Positions 36,264-49,550 of a DNA stretch of 64,000 nt are shown here, piece by piece. Source of the stretch: Tubulanus polymorphus. Its lineage: Eukaryota > Animalia > Nemertea. A model generated the notes under the pieces. That model was given only the letters and a program-made list of their open reading frames with translations, was not told where the DNA came from and ran no database searches. A program made the position numbers and the translations under genes. Every line of letters begins with the position of its first letter. Position 1 is the first letter of the stretch. The stretch covers positions 5,146,001 to 5,210,000 of the forward strand of contig NC_134031.1 in NCBI RefSeq assembly GCF_964204645.1, read 5' to 3'.

Positions 36264-39200
36264 TCACCAGATATCGCACCTATTCCTGGGATTCATCGGC
36301 GAGTCTATCGGGCATTTGAACTCGTCGGCGAAATTCTTGATTTGAGAAACAGCAGTATTCACTCTGAAATGACGATGTTACAGGTTGGATCATCAGAATT
36401 AGCAGTGTCCCATGCGCCGTATATTGATCGTCAACTATCAAATAGATTTCAAGGGACAAAATATTAAGCAGAAGAAATGAACAATTCTTTCAAGGGACAC
36501 ACGAATTGTCTCAGGGATGATTAATTTTCCATACCATAAAAGATGGCGTACTCGGGGAAAATAGACCATTATCAGGGACTATCCCTGACAATCAGTGACG
36601 GTTGGCAGCTCTGCCAGGGGCGGGTCTAGGACAATAGAGGGTAAGGGTCCAGAAGAAAAGAAAAGGCATATTTCGGATAAAGCAGCCATGTAAAAAGCCA
36701 CTTCGGTGTTGAAGATATTTTGAAGAAAAACACAAAAGATGCAAATCATGTTCGGATGAGTGTCAAGGTTGCAGGTTTTAACTATCTCTATCTTTGGCGA
36801 ACCGGGCAACCTCATCGGGGAGGCACGGGACTGAACCCCCTATTCCAGCCCCTAAATCCATTCCTGTCTTCATCTCGCGCATTTTTAGCTACGACAGCAG
36901 TACACTATTCATTCTAAGGGACATTAATGATTATGTAAAGCGAAACACATTAAATTTCTATCGACACTGACTCATCGTCTGCCAAACTACAGACATGCGA
37001 TCGATTGTCAAGTTGCGATGGGATCTCGCTTTTCAATTCGACAAAAAATGATCAAGTTGAAACATTAAGTTCACCTGATATATGTTACAGTACGCGCGCA
37101 CGATGTATAATATACCTGATTTTAGATGGTGGATGCACGTTTCCATGCAACAATTCAACCACAACCTCTTCTCGGATCGATTCACACCACGTCTACAAAA
37201 CGAAAACATAATGTCAACACTGAATACGTATTTGCATGGAGTGCACGGGACACCATCACGGGATACGTCTCTGGTCACTAGTTCACCAAAAAAACTAATG
37301 CGGCTGAAATTCACACGCGCTCCACCAGTTGGGGAGCGACATGCCTCGCCCGACTGCCGGGGTTCCCCGGAAAGCCAACTGCTATGAAATAATTCGACTT
37401 TATTCAGAAAATATCGAGACAATTGAAATGAAACCTCAGATTTTTAGAATTTCGTTTCTCCGATGATGAGATTTAGTTATAATATCGAAACGTTAAAACG
37501 ATCTACATCAAGTGGGTAGATTCATTTATCAACATCGAAAATTCAGTACGTACCAGTCTACCTCGGATTTTTCAAGTCCAATATTTCCACTTAAATGGGC
37601 TTTTGAAAATAGACCCGGGGATCGATGTCCAATACGGACTAAATCCGGAAGACTAGCTTTGTTATTTTGCGAAAGATTTCATGCTATCATTGGGTAATCG
37701 ATGTAACAAGAAAACAACAATGCATTAGTATGAATCGATTCTGACTGCATTCAACTCGCCAAAAAATTTACTATAACAACATCATATCTTATCAGGGTTT
37801 CAAATAAAACAAATAAAAGGCAATATTAAGGGGTTCGTGCTGGTTTTAAAACGAACCTGCGCATACGCGATGAAGAATATTCTAGAATTGGTGTTATTCA
37901 CTCCTGGTAACGACCTCACATCGACGTTGTTGGTTTGGTACGCTTTCAAACTGGCCTTCAGCCCGCCGGTATCGGACAACACTTCCTCTCTCATTCGCCG
38001 ACCGTTTACCTGAAAGTCGGAATATGTTGGAATCGTGAAAAATGTCATCAAGCTGACCAGGCAAAATATGAAATTTCAATCGAATTCAAGCAGAATATCA
38101 GAATTTCTCATTTCAGCCGGCCGCCTATATACCGTGTACGGGCCAAATTTGACTCAGGCCTGATCCGAGCCAATTTGACCCGGTTCAAATCGTCCCCGTG
38201 TGACGCAGCTATAGAAGTCACTTTTTACCTTTATTCCCTGATAGGTAGATTCGCTGATTACGTCTTCGATGCATTGAAGCTTCTGATTGGTTAATTCACT
38301 TGCAGACGACGACATCTTCGTTTTATTGAACCAATCGTCTGAGCCGTATCCGTCATACTGACTTCCTAAAATTATGAGAATCACAAAATTGTATTCACTC
38401 AATTTTTCTACCATGATACATGATGAAGAAAGTCACCGTAAAGAATCATTTTGACGGTCAGAATTTTCAAATGGAAACATATATTCATCTAATCCGACTT
38501 CTGTGCAATCCGAATTTAGAAGACAATGACAATGGGTGTTCATAAAATGAAGACTCCTAAAACAATGGCCGAAGACCCTTCGCGTGTCTTCCATCTTCAT
38601 TTTAGGCGTCCTCGTATTACAAATCACCATGGGATGTGCCTAAAACGAAGACCAAAGACCGATGACCCTGATCGTTTACGATAAAAACTAAAAAGTACAT
38701 GTACGTCGTAATAACCACCAAAAACATCCGAGTCAAGTCCGTTCTCGTACACATGATCGGATCGTTGCAGATCTGGATATTTCTGGACCACCTGATTATC
38801 TTTTTTTTTTAATTTTATGGGCCTTCGTTTGAGGCACACCCCAGACACTTACGTAGCCGAATTATTGATCCAAACCTCATCCTTACCTGACGGGTCAAAC
38901 CCATGTGAAAGTTCGTGCCCTAAGATAGCACCGATCGAGGCATAATTCAAATACCTGCAAAATATCATGCAATATTTTTCACCGATCGCGTGAGAAAAAA
39001 GACGAAAGAATCTTCTAATGAAATCGTCCTCTCGGCCTGTTAGTGATATCATCACCGTTATGCAATCAGATACCTGTTTAATTGGTTTCGCACGAATGAA
39101 GTGATTTATGATTCGATTATGAAATTCGCGCGATGTCGTAAACTTACTGTGGTTGATCGATATTAAAATATGGGTCTTGAAGGAATCCGATTGGTATTAC

Positions 39201-42200
39201 GATTTCGTTGAGTATCGCCGTATAGTAAGCGTTCGTTATGTACGGCGCCATTTGCCATCTGAAATTAGGACCGTATTAAACCCAACGCACACGGAAATAT
39301 GATATGACTTAGGAACTCGAGGATTCCACTTATGGCAGGCGAGGATCCACCAGATTCGCTGGTAGTAACTCTGACTTCCGCGTTAGATTTCATCTACATT
39401 TCAATCAAGACCGAATGAATTTTTTCTCTTAAAAAATCAAATATTATGTAGACTATATTCATATCGGAGTAGAAGAACTAACTTGACAACGTAAGACCTA
39501 TTGCTCGTCACGCCACCTGGTGGGAAACCTGGTGTTGCGGGTTCCCCATTAATGTAGGCGGATGTACATGGCTATCCGTTTTCTCTTTAACTTACTCCTT
39601 TTTATCTGGCCGATGCAACGAGGCCACCATTTTTTTCGTTTGGCCGTCCATAGTGGCGGTAAGAATTTCCAACATGGATGCATTTCCTGAATACGCCATC
39701 TGTTGACAAAAATAGACACCTTCGAATGACTCTCTAAGGCCCGAAAACCAAAAACATTTAAAGATTTAAAGCTATTTCCATAATTGGATTAATCTATTAA
39801 AAATTTCCCTGCTCATTAACTTACGTTTTGATAATATCTATCTAATTTGGTGACGTCAGCAGCTACGTCGGGGTAAGCTATCTTATAGTGGAGTAGAGCT
39901 GCCTGAAGAAATGATACCAAAGAGCACATGAACTTCGAAAAAAGTGTCCAATTAGACTAGTGAAAATGTATATCAATTCCTCTAACAAAGCAGCTATAGA
40001 AGAGAATGGAATATGAATTCATATTCACTTAGATGTCACGTTTATTTAGCATTACAACGTCAATATGGTACAAGGAAACTGGTACAAGATAATCAGGCTA
40101 CACCGAAAGAAGTCAGTCTATCTAAGCCCTGTCACTTAGTACCATCCACACCGCACTCACCACACTCACACACCATGTGAAAGATAAAACCCGTTATCGC
40201 TGCTTTGCGGCTACATTTGTTAATCTTTTTATTTTCTTTTCACTCAGTAATCTGATACATGTTTTTTTTTCTCATTCTGATCCTTCAAATCAAAAGCTGT
40301 GTACACTGTCTTTCAATATCCATTTGATTCCACGTACAACTGAATAAAGTAGTCGTCAAACTCGTCAAAAAGCTTAAAGAAATGTACCTTTTTCTTAGCG
40401 ATGCTTTGGGCTTCTATTCCGTTTAACCAAGGCAATTTGGGAAGAAAAGACACCAACGCATCCTTGACATTATTCACAATTTCGATAACCTGTAGAACCA
40501 ATGCAGAATATTTACTCAAACTACTAGAAACTAGAATAAGGGATACTCTAAAATTTGACTAATGCTATTCAGATTGATAATCACTCAACGTACCGCATGT
40601 TTATCGTTAAAAGGCACGTGATCGATGTACAGATTGGTCAGCGCCATATTGAACCACTCCTCGGTCGCTTCGAAACAAACATCCGACCTTGACTTTGTCT
40701 CCGTCTCACCTATCAATAAATAGATCATCACGCGCTGTGGTCAGGATATTATAAGAAATGCATCTACGCCTTATATGGTGATAGACGTATACACACGCCT
40801 TTTGAAATGGCAAAATAGTATAGACCATGAAACGTCAATCTTTTTTCCGAGGAAAGGGTGAATCTTTGAATATAATCAGCCAAAATCACCATAGCTTTCT
40901 CGACGTTCGTAAGATTTTTCGAAATCAATTTACTAGGCTACATCGGGACCACTCATTAAGAAATCAATAATAATAACACGGCCACTTGTTCGAACACATT
41001 GAAGCCTATCAAAGGAACACAACTGAACTTAATCCAACTCCGTAAACAATAAAAACAAATAAACAATACCTATGTACTGGAAATATATTCTATACTATAT
41101 ATCTACTAACTAGCTTACCTCCTTTTCTAATAAAACCCTATTTGAAATACAAAAATACGATGGGGTTGCTTGAACTCGGCTATTGTTAGTAAATGCAGCA
41201 TGGATGGTATGGTATTTTTGGGCTCATGAGAATTTCTATTCATGATACATACGTATCTAAACGCTAGTGCTCAGCAGCATATGTTCTTGTATGGGATTAA
41301 GCAGAACTTAATCGCTATGGCTTTTATGAATGTGTGAATTTTCGATTATTTATCAGCGTCTTTATTATTAGCGCTATACGCGAAAAGGTTATGGTTTTCA
41401 GCACTCTAGGAATACGGTTACCTGTTTTGACATTTAAGAAATTAGCACCAGCGCTTCTCAGCTCCAAGCCGAGAAAATCTTGATAACGTAGATAAAGCTT
41501 CCACACGAAGTAGTCGTTTAAGGCACTGAAAAAAATATCGCATCAGGTAAACTTAATATGGAAGATACATTTGGATTAGAATGTTTCGTGTTGGCCGATC
41601 TCAAAAAGAAGCATGGCCTTTCTCTGCAGGTGGTATAGGCTGCTTTGTTTAGTTCTCGTCCTTATTACTCACCTATCACCGCTTGACAAAAACCTATCCA
41701 GCTTCCTAAAATAGTCCAAATTCTCTACGAGTATTTCGGTATAGTCAGCTGGACGAAAACCACCCTTTTGAAAATACGCTCTCCAATTAATCTGTGGGGA
41801 AAATTTGGAAAGACTTGATGATAGATTTCAAGTAAATTGCGATTAGTTCGTATCGAAAATATTCTTGCAATATCGGTTGGCACTTACCATAGAACACATT
41901 TGTTCGAGCTGTAAGATATTTATATTTTTTGGATCATCGGAATTTGAGGTGGACTCGATCTGTAATAACAATTACTGGCAATATAGACAACCTAACCATA
42001 TGTACGGCGAACGACGCAGTCTCAAATGTATTGTCACTTCCTCAAAATGTATCAAAAGTGGAACAAAATTTGCTAGTCTCTATGTCCTCAAAAAATGATG
42101 AAATTGCTAAATGATGTCGACAATGCCGGAAAATTAATCTATGTACTGCCAGTGTTAGTGGAATAACGTTGGGCGTTGAAGTTCTATTTTTTGCATATGA

Positions 42201-45200
42201 ATCGTTGTTTTAGGACGTCAAATGAATTGCTAAAAGGCTAGCTTATTAACCATAACACTAGATCACGATAAAGTCCTAAGTTTCTTATGTGGCTTACCAG
42301 CCGCGCCAATTTTGTTTCTACGCTAAAAACGTTCAGTTTGAAGTGTCGAGCGTCCTGGTTGTCGAGTCCCAATAGTCGACCGACCGATTCGATGAACGCC
42401 TTATATTTCTGCGTTACGACGCTATTCGCCTCTGTGGTATAATATGCGCTGGGCAAACCCAGACCTGCCTTGTCCAGCTGCAAATAGAGGAAACAGCGAT
42501 GAAGTAGAATGATAACCCTCGAACGATAGCATCATATCATTCGAAGCTGTAAATTTGTAAATGTAAATTTGTTTTGTAAATTCCCGACAGAATCTGTTTA
42601 CACAAAAAGAAATCTGAATATGTGATTAAAGTAATAAGATTTCTCGTTTGATTTGAATATCGCTGGTGAATATTGTAAGAATTACTGTTGTTTTGTTGAA
42701 TTACTCGGTGAACTTGTATCCAAATATTCAGTTGAGTTTTAAATCGATTATAGAATCTCGCCGAGCCGCGGTGGAAATTTACTTCAAGAGCTCGTAATAA
42801 CCGCGTATTACACGTATCATTAACGTAAGTCGATTAATCCGTATGAAAACGGAGATTTATTATGGAAATAAAATCACATTTTGTAACTGTATTTCGGCGT
42901 TGAATACACGGCAATTTTTTTCATATCGACGGCGGCCTAATAGATTGATGAAATTGCATCGGATTAAGTATGTGAATACGAATAATCCCTGCGGGCTTGG
43001 TATTTTCAACGCCACATATGAAATGAAATTACGATTCTCAAAGCACCAACACCAACCGACACGGCGTATGCGAGTACAGCCACAAAATAACGAAAGCATT
43101 AATTTGCACACGACGCGCATACTGGATTCATATACGCATCAGGCACAAATTGTTTGATGAGCTGATGACGTTTTGAATGTTGTACGACAAGGGAATTGTT
43201 AATAATACATCCGCTAAATCACCAATTCGACTTCGGCGTTTGTAAAAGCGTGTATTCATCGTAGCAGCACGAAACCGCAATAAAACTGAAATCCAATTAT
43301 TATATTGGTCGCGTGTGAAACGCTGTGCATAGCGCACGTGTGTACAAGGTCAAGGCCTAGGTAGTTGCGCACGGAAACCGTCCGTAACGTGTATGAACCT
43401 TCGTTGATTTATATAAGAAAGCGCCGGAAGGAACTGGTGATAGAATTAAGATGATTTCACGTTTTAAATGAAATTATTTATAGCGAAATTGTCTTGTATG
43501 TAATAACACTTCGGCGCAAAGGATTCGAGCATTAGACATGATTCGCACATAGATGAACTATAGATAAGATGAACTTATTTAAACTGGGAAATTGAACTGA
43601 CGGTAAAATGCCAAAAATATATTTGTAAAATGACTATTTCTCTACTACAGCCCAACGCGCACGACGCAGGGAATCACGGAAACACGGAATCGAACGTATT
43701 GATATTGGATACATTGTTGGATACAATGTTTCTCGTTAACTCACTCGACACAGGGAAACGCTAGGAAACCTATTCCTGTCTCCTGTTTCCGCGTTCCCTT
43801 CGTCAGGTGCGTTAGGCTTGAGACCTAAAACTACGGCGCATTGAGAATGTGAAGCTATATCGATTAGATAGCAGAACCCCTGCCTAGAATCCACGTTATT
43901 TCATACTATATCACGGGCCATCACTATGAAATACTAAACGCATTCGGTGCGATGCAAATAAAAGCGATAAAATATTCAGATGAAATTGAAAAAAAAACAA
44001 ATAAAGCACAAAAAAAAGATTAACATCTGTAATACAGTTTAATGAAGGTAGGTTATGCTTAGAATTGTTTAATAAAACTTTTGATTGACGCAAATCGATA
44101 TCGACAGATTCATAAACGAATCCGATATATTGATAAATATTGTAGTATGTCCCGTGATTCTATCATTATCTGATTATTAGATTAGACTGAAAATCTATTT
44201 TTTCCTGTGAGAGTATGAATACCTATAGCAATATACAAACTATAGCAATTTTCCTCATTTGAGTAGTCGGACATAGACGTCGAATATAGAAGCTCAGCAT
44301 TGGAAATGTAAGGAGTTGTGGAAGAGCCGTTTTAACCTGGTGTCGAATCAGCTTATGTTTACTGATTGAAAAATAATTAGAATTAAGTTTGGTTTTACGA
44401 TTAATTTTAATCATATTGAGAGTTAAATAACTGTGGTGGAAACTACGACCAAATAGGAGTGGACCTTCACGTCTACCACACGGTTGGAAAATGGCGGATT
44501 AGACACACGATATCATTTTTACCTGAACGATATTTCGACTTCTATTCTTTATGTCCGGTCCTACATTTACGTAGAATATGGCGTCCGCCCAGTGGCGGAA
44601 GTGAATACCGGCCAATGCCATCGTCGGATACCAATTGCGTAATGTTCCTAAAAAAGATTCCATATACTGAAGTATACACGGCTGTAGTTTTTTTGACGCC
44701 TTATAAAACGTTACCATTATGAAACCTAAACAATGTTAACCATTCAGCGTCATTTTACAAACGACAGCCGTAAATCGATGTGCAAAACGTCACAGGTCTA
44801 TGTGTACACAAACAAGCTATCTGGCAAAATATTATTGACATAGATGTAGAATGGCTTCCTGTGATTATATAATGACCTATATTTGAACGTCGAAATGTTA
44901 TATTGCATTGAATATCATTAGAAGACGTATTGTAATAGTAAAGGATGTATGATTATATCAGAAGCGGCAGGCATAAATAGAAATGATAAGTAAATCGGAT
45001 TATTCGGTTAAATGGCGGATGTATACACGATGCGGAAGTCTGATATAAAAGTCAGACCCTGACGTGGGCATGCCGGTGGAATGACGAAGCTATCTACGAT
45101 ATGTGTAGGGCCGGCGTGAACTTCATCAGCGGCTACAAGCGGTTGATATGAAAATGTGTAAACATATAATTTCAATATTCAAACGTTTTAGAAAATATGT

Positions 45201-47598
45201 TTGATATTAGGAATATGCAGGTTTCGTGAGATTAGCAATTTATAATAGCATAGCTGTCATATACGGCTCCGCGTCCTCTGATGGCATGTGTATTAGGTGA
45301 CAATTCAATTCAATTCTTTATTGATCCTTATTTCATTGAAATTCCGGGATAAAATTCCCAAATTCAATAAATACAAATTTTAAAATAAATTAATACAACA
45401 TACATGACACACGGGTAATTCATACAGAACAACATAAGCATGTTATTTTAAATGACAATGTCTACTTCAACCCACCCAGACTCAAGGCTCTAGGATATCG
45501 AGTGACAGCCAAACCCGTGGCCCGGGCCCGAGGACCGGGCCGGCTGGTGCTCGAAGTCATGATGAAGCAGACATCAGAAGAGCTCTTTCTTCAACCATGG
45601 AGGCAATGAAGTTGCAGACCAGCTTAGAGGCATAAGTAAATGAAGTCGGTCGCAAGTTCGCGATCAATTATTGAGAATTTTCAATAAAAAAATTTAAACC
45701 ACTACTAGAGTCGAAGACCTGTATCATCTACCCAATCGCCAAATCTCATCATTCCCCAAATTTCTTAAAACTTCGATTTCAAATTTGCAATATCACATTA
45801 GCTTAGCCCAGAAATTCTACATTTTTTTCGCAGGCGTCAAATAATTTTCTAAAATTAATTTTCTTGTTTCTATCAGATCTAGCTTTCCATATTGGAAAAC
45901 AAATACATCGGGAATTAGGTGTGGCATTTGCCAATGGTCCGTGGTAATCTATGAAATGAAATGGCCATTTTGAAGAGATTGAAGCAAACAGTGACGATTT
46001 TCCCTCGGGTGACGTTTGTTTGTTAATATCCTGTCGTTCGGTAAATGTTGTCGTCTGTTTGCCTCACAGTCTGTTTATTGTTATCAATTCGCGGGCTGGC
46101 TCGTCAGATCTGCTTTGTTTGTTCGTCTGCAGTTGAGAGCAGGCGCACGATACGTCACATTTCACGAAGGGGTGTCCTTCACGTCACCTCAAACCCGGTA
46201 CAGGTACGAAGCGCGGACTTCGGTTTTCAGAGTTAGTCGACTTGTTGCGAGCTAAGTGAAACTGAAACGACTTTTAGTCGGAGCTATAGTCCGAAGATAA
46301 CGAACTACGGATTGAGCACGGCCACTGTAGTTCGGACCTAGTTTCAAGATGGCCGACACTGTGAAATGTATTACGATAGTGCGTTCGGTTATTAGCTTAG
46401 ACCATTAGTCGATTGCCTAACTGCGAAAACCGACGATCACCCTCTAAGTGATGGTCAGGGCCAAATGCTCCACGAAAATTATTCGCTGGCATTTAGCATT
46501 AGAATTTAGAGACCAACAAGTCTGTGCTTGTTTGTTAAATCCAAACGGTATCTGGAGAAAGGGCGTTCAGCTGTTGGTATTTGCAAGGTCGTGGTTCCAG
46601 CTCTGGACGACCAGTGCCAATTGCGTACCTGGTCTGGTAGATGACTGGCGCTGTAGGTCAGATGTCACATCCTCCTGTGTTTAGACAAGCGATAAAAATG
46701 TCCATACGTACCTAGTAGATGCCAGCCACCGACATCATCGATGACGTCAAATAGTGACACCGGCATCTCCGATCTAACCATACCCATACATCGCTGGTAG
46801 AACAAGCGGGTTTTACCTACAGCTGATGTATTATTCAAATCTTCTCCTTCGAGCGGCTGACTCAGTTGGGTTTTTATGACGTCGCGGATCTGAAATAAAC
46901 TCCGAATATTTCATGTTCGTCATAATAAAATGAGCATTTTGCACCGCGAAGAATGGTCCCAAGACATTAACTTAATCATATCATCAAAACATAGCTCACT
47001 CTGTTCATCATATACACATTCCTTCAATTCTACCTCGAACAAATTCGAGGGAAACTTCGTAAAGCTTTTACGATTATTATCGTCTCTGTAGAAAGCTCAC
47101 CTGTAGCAACAGCTTATCCATAACGCTCCAGATATTCCGACTAGCCGGAGTCGGGTTATTACGGAGCCAACCATTACAAGCGTAGGAATAGAAATCGTCG
47201 CAGGGGTTTACATTCGTATCCAAACTGTTCAGAATCCTATCCGCGGCCGCGATGCACTCTTTAGTCAAGCATATATTTTCGTATTTAACAAATTCGGGAG
47301 TTTTTAATTTCGACTCGGCGGCTTTTTTGTCGTTATCTTTTTTATTTTGTTCGGCGGCGCGTTCGCCTTCTATTTCGGCCACGACTACGGCTAGCGTGAC
47401 GCCGATGCTGAATAAGAGGAATATCAGAATCAGCAAGCAGGTTTCGCGGCTGCTTAGCTTCTCTTGTTCGCATTCGACGATCGAAGGGCTTTTAGCGAAC
47501 ACGATCTGCAACTCCTCGGCCATTTCGGTCATGCAGCCGCTACGCTGCGCCACCTTAGCTTGGCCAGGCGCTTCCGTTTCGCTGTCCGACGACGTCAT
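36264..47598 (-). CDS. Divergent M13 peptidase (ECE/neprilysin-like), type II membrane protein, 773 aa, 17 coding exons
   Basis: Exons 47101-47598, 46712-46889, 44523-44647, 42298-42477, 41888-41959, 41673-41791, 41422-41525, 40594-40709, 40388-40489, 39825-39902, 39596-39699, 39148-39258, 38887-38954, 38229-38365, 37857-38009, 37116-37192, 36264-36363 (2322 nt, in frame). TM LLILIFLLFSIGVTLAVVVA, CLTKEC, PCDDFYSYACNGW, TNAYY, GHELSHGFD, EEVLSDTGG, HPPSKIR, CDIW*. Confidence 0.93.
43649..43819. mobile_element. MITE family B diverged copy
   Basis: agcccaacgcgcacgacgcaggg ... gtgcgttaggct. Confidence 0.7.
45301..45645 (-). mobile_element. Possible 3' remnant of a non-LTR retrotransposon
   Basis: Minus strand ends AATAAAGAATTGAATTGAATTG (poly(A) signal plus TTGAA tail) downstream of a short frame ...SKLVCNFIASMVEERALLMSASS*. 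Confidence 0.35.
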
Positions 47599-48669
47599 TG
47601 TTTCTTCCGGCCAACTTAGGACAACCGGCCAGACGAAGTCAAGATGCCGATGCTTCCGTCGATGGAGAGTTGTTATTTGACGATGCCTTTGTAGGAAATC
47701 TTCATCCTTTCAGATCTGAAAATAAGATACATAATATATACATCAGCATAAATATGTAGATATCATGATGATGTGGATACTTTTTCAAATCTTCTACTAG
47801 CAATTCCCAAATGACTCTCCGATTCATAGTGTTTACCATACTTTCTGCGAACGCGGTAAACAGATCGGATCAGTTTTCTGTCTAGATGCGAATATTTTGG
47901 CAATTTCTTTGCAAAATAAAAACCGGAAAATCGGATCACGGTGAACGGAATACACATAGAAACCGATCGAATTGTGTCACCTTATATTGCAGAAACTTAG
48001 TGGTTGGTGACAAACACCAAATTCTGGGCATAATCATGATGAAACACTAAGACCGTGTTGCGAGTAAAAATGCAACGTTAATGATGAAGAATATAGAAAT
48101 AGAAATAGTCCGAAATGTTTCCTTGGGTTGGTAGTTTCGACTATGTTCTAATAGTCATCTCCAAGTGACCTTGCTGGAAATTTCTATTAGATTACCGTCA
48201 AAACGTCGAATTAACTACTAGCTAAATGAAACATTTCAGACTTTTTTTACATAGTTAGAGTGGAATTCGCTATATCAATTCGCACATGGTATTATATATA
48301 GTTCATGATATCTAGATTTTGATTGGCCAAAATCTATTCCTCCTCGGTACACTTAGAAACCTCTGCGAAGTGAAACGCGGAAATGGACGACAGAGACATG
48401 TTTCCGAGCGTTTCCCTGTGTCGCGTGTGCGTTGGGCTGTAAACAGGTCATTGACATGTTGCGATCGATAAAAGTTCACAATAATTCCCAAATTTCTAAC
48501 GAAAGGATATTGAGACAATGTAACCCGTATCTCCACGTCAGCTTATTGACGAGCACACTACGCAGTTGAAGGGTGCTTCAAGACTCTTGCCGGACTTGAT
48601 CGGTTTCAATGCTTTATAATAGCGCAATATCGATAGCTACAGACGAGTGCCGCTTTCAACAACATTTAA

Positions 48670-49130
48670 AGCTAAGCATACACCGACAAAGCGACTGGAG
48701 ACAACTAGTTGCTAGTGAGCGAGTACCCCGCTCACATCGAAAATCTAATGAAAACCAGTAACTGCGTGGCTCATGCCGGTCGCTAGGTCCATAGCGCACA
48801 CATCGACAGCAACTGAGATGTGTAATCTAGCAAATATTCTCAGGGCATCTCGAATCACGTGACAAATTGCTTTGTTTTAGTCAGTTGCAACCATGTGTTT
48901 TTGAATATGGAGCGCCCACATCGACGGATATGACAGCAACTGAGTACAACTAGTTGCTCAAAAGTAGAACAAAGGCAACTGGCTGGAACTGGAGATAGAT
49001 GGACGCTGTCGCAAGCTAGCACACATCGACACGTTCTAGCAACTGATTGTATCCAGCCAGTTGCTCCCATGCGCCGAAAACTTCCCGGCAACTAGTTGTC
49101 TCCAATCGCAGTGTCGATGTAGGCTAGGCT
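48670..49130. mobile_element. PIF/Harbinger-like MITE family C (~460 bp)
   Basis: ~43-bp imperfect TIRs agctaagcatacaccgaca..ggagacaactagttgc / gcaactagttgtctcc..tgtcgatgtaggctaggct, TAA on both sides. Confidence 0.8.
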
Positions 49131-49419
49131 TAACAGATTTTCCAGAGCACCTGAATCTGAAAAATCTTCTATTTTCGTTATACAATAAGCGTAAAAAGTA
49201 TATGGAGTTCATCAGGCTGTAATGAAGTATTCGGAGCTTTTTGAAAAAAATCTATCCGCTCGAAAAAAGATCAATTAAGTCGATGTCATATTGAGCACCC
49301 GATTGCGTCAAAGAGATTATTTTTGCATCAATCTCAATGTCAATTTTCTATCTATTTTACCCAGTCCGTACACACTGTAGTCTTTCAGATATCCTACATT
49401 ACTGGTGTGATACAAAAAT

Positions 49420-49550
<131 letters not shown>

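Noticed and set aside
44648-44725. Longer upstream acceptor for the 44523 exon
   Set aside because: In frame but adds 26 residues without M13 similarity; the 44647 acceptor fits homologues better.
47101-47598. Sharing of this TM exon by the headless neprilysin via an internal donor
   Set aside because: No GT donor at the required phase-1 position after CLTKECIA.
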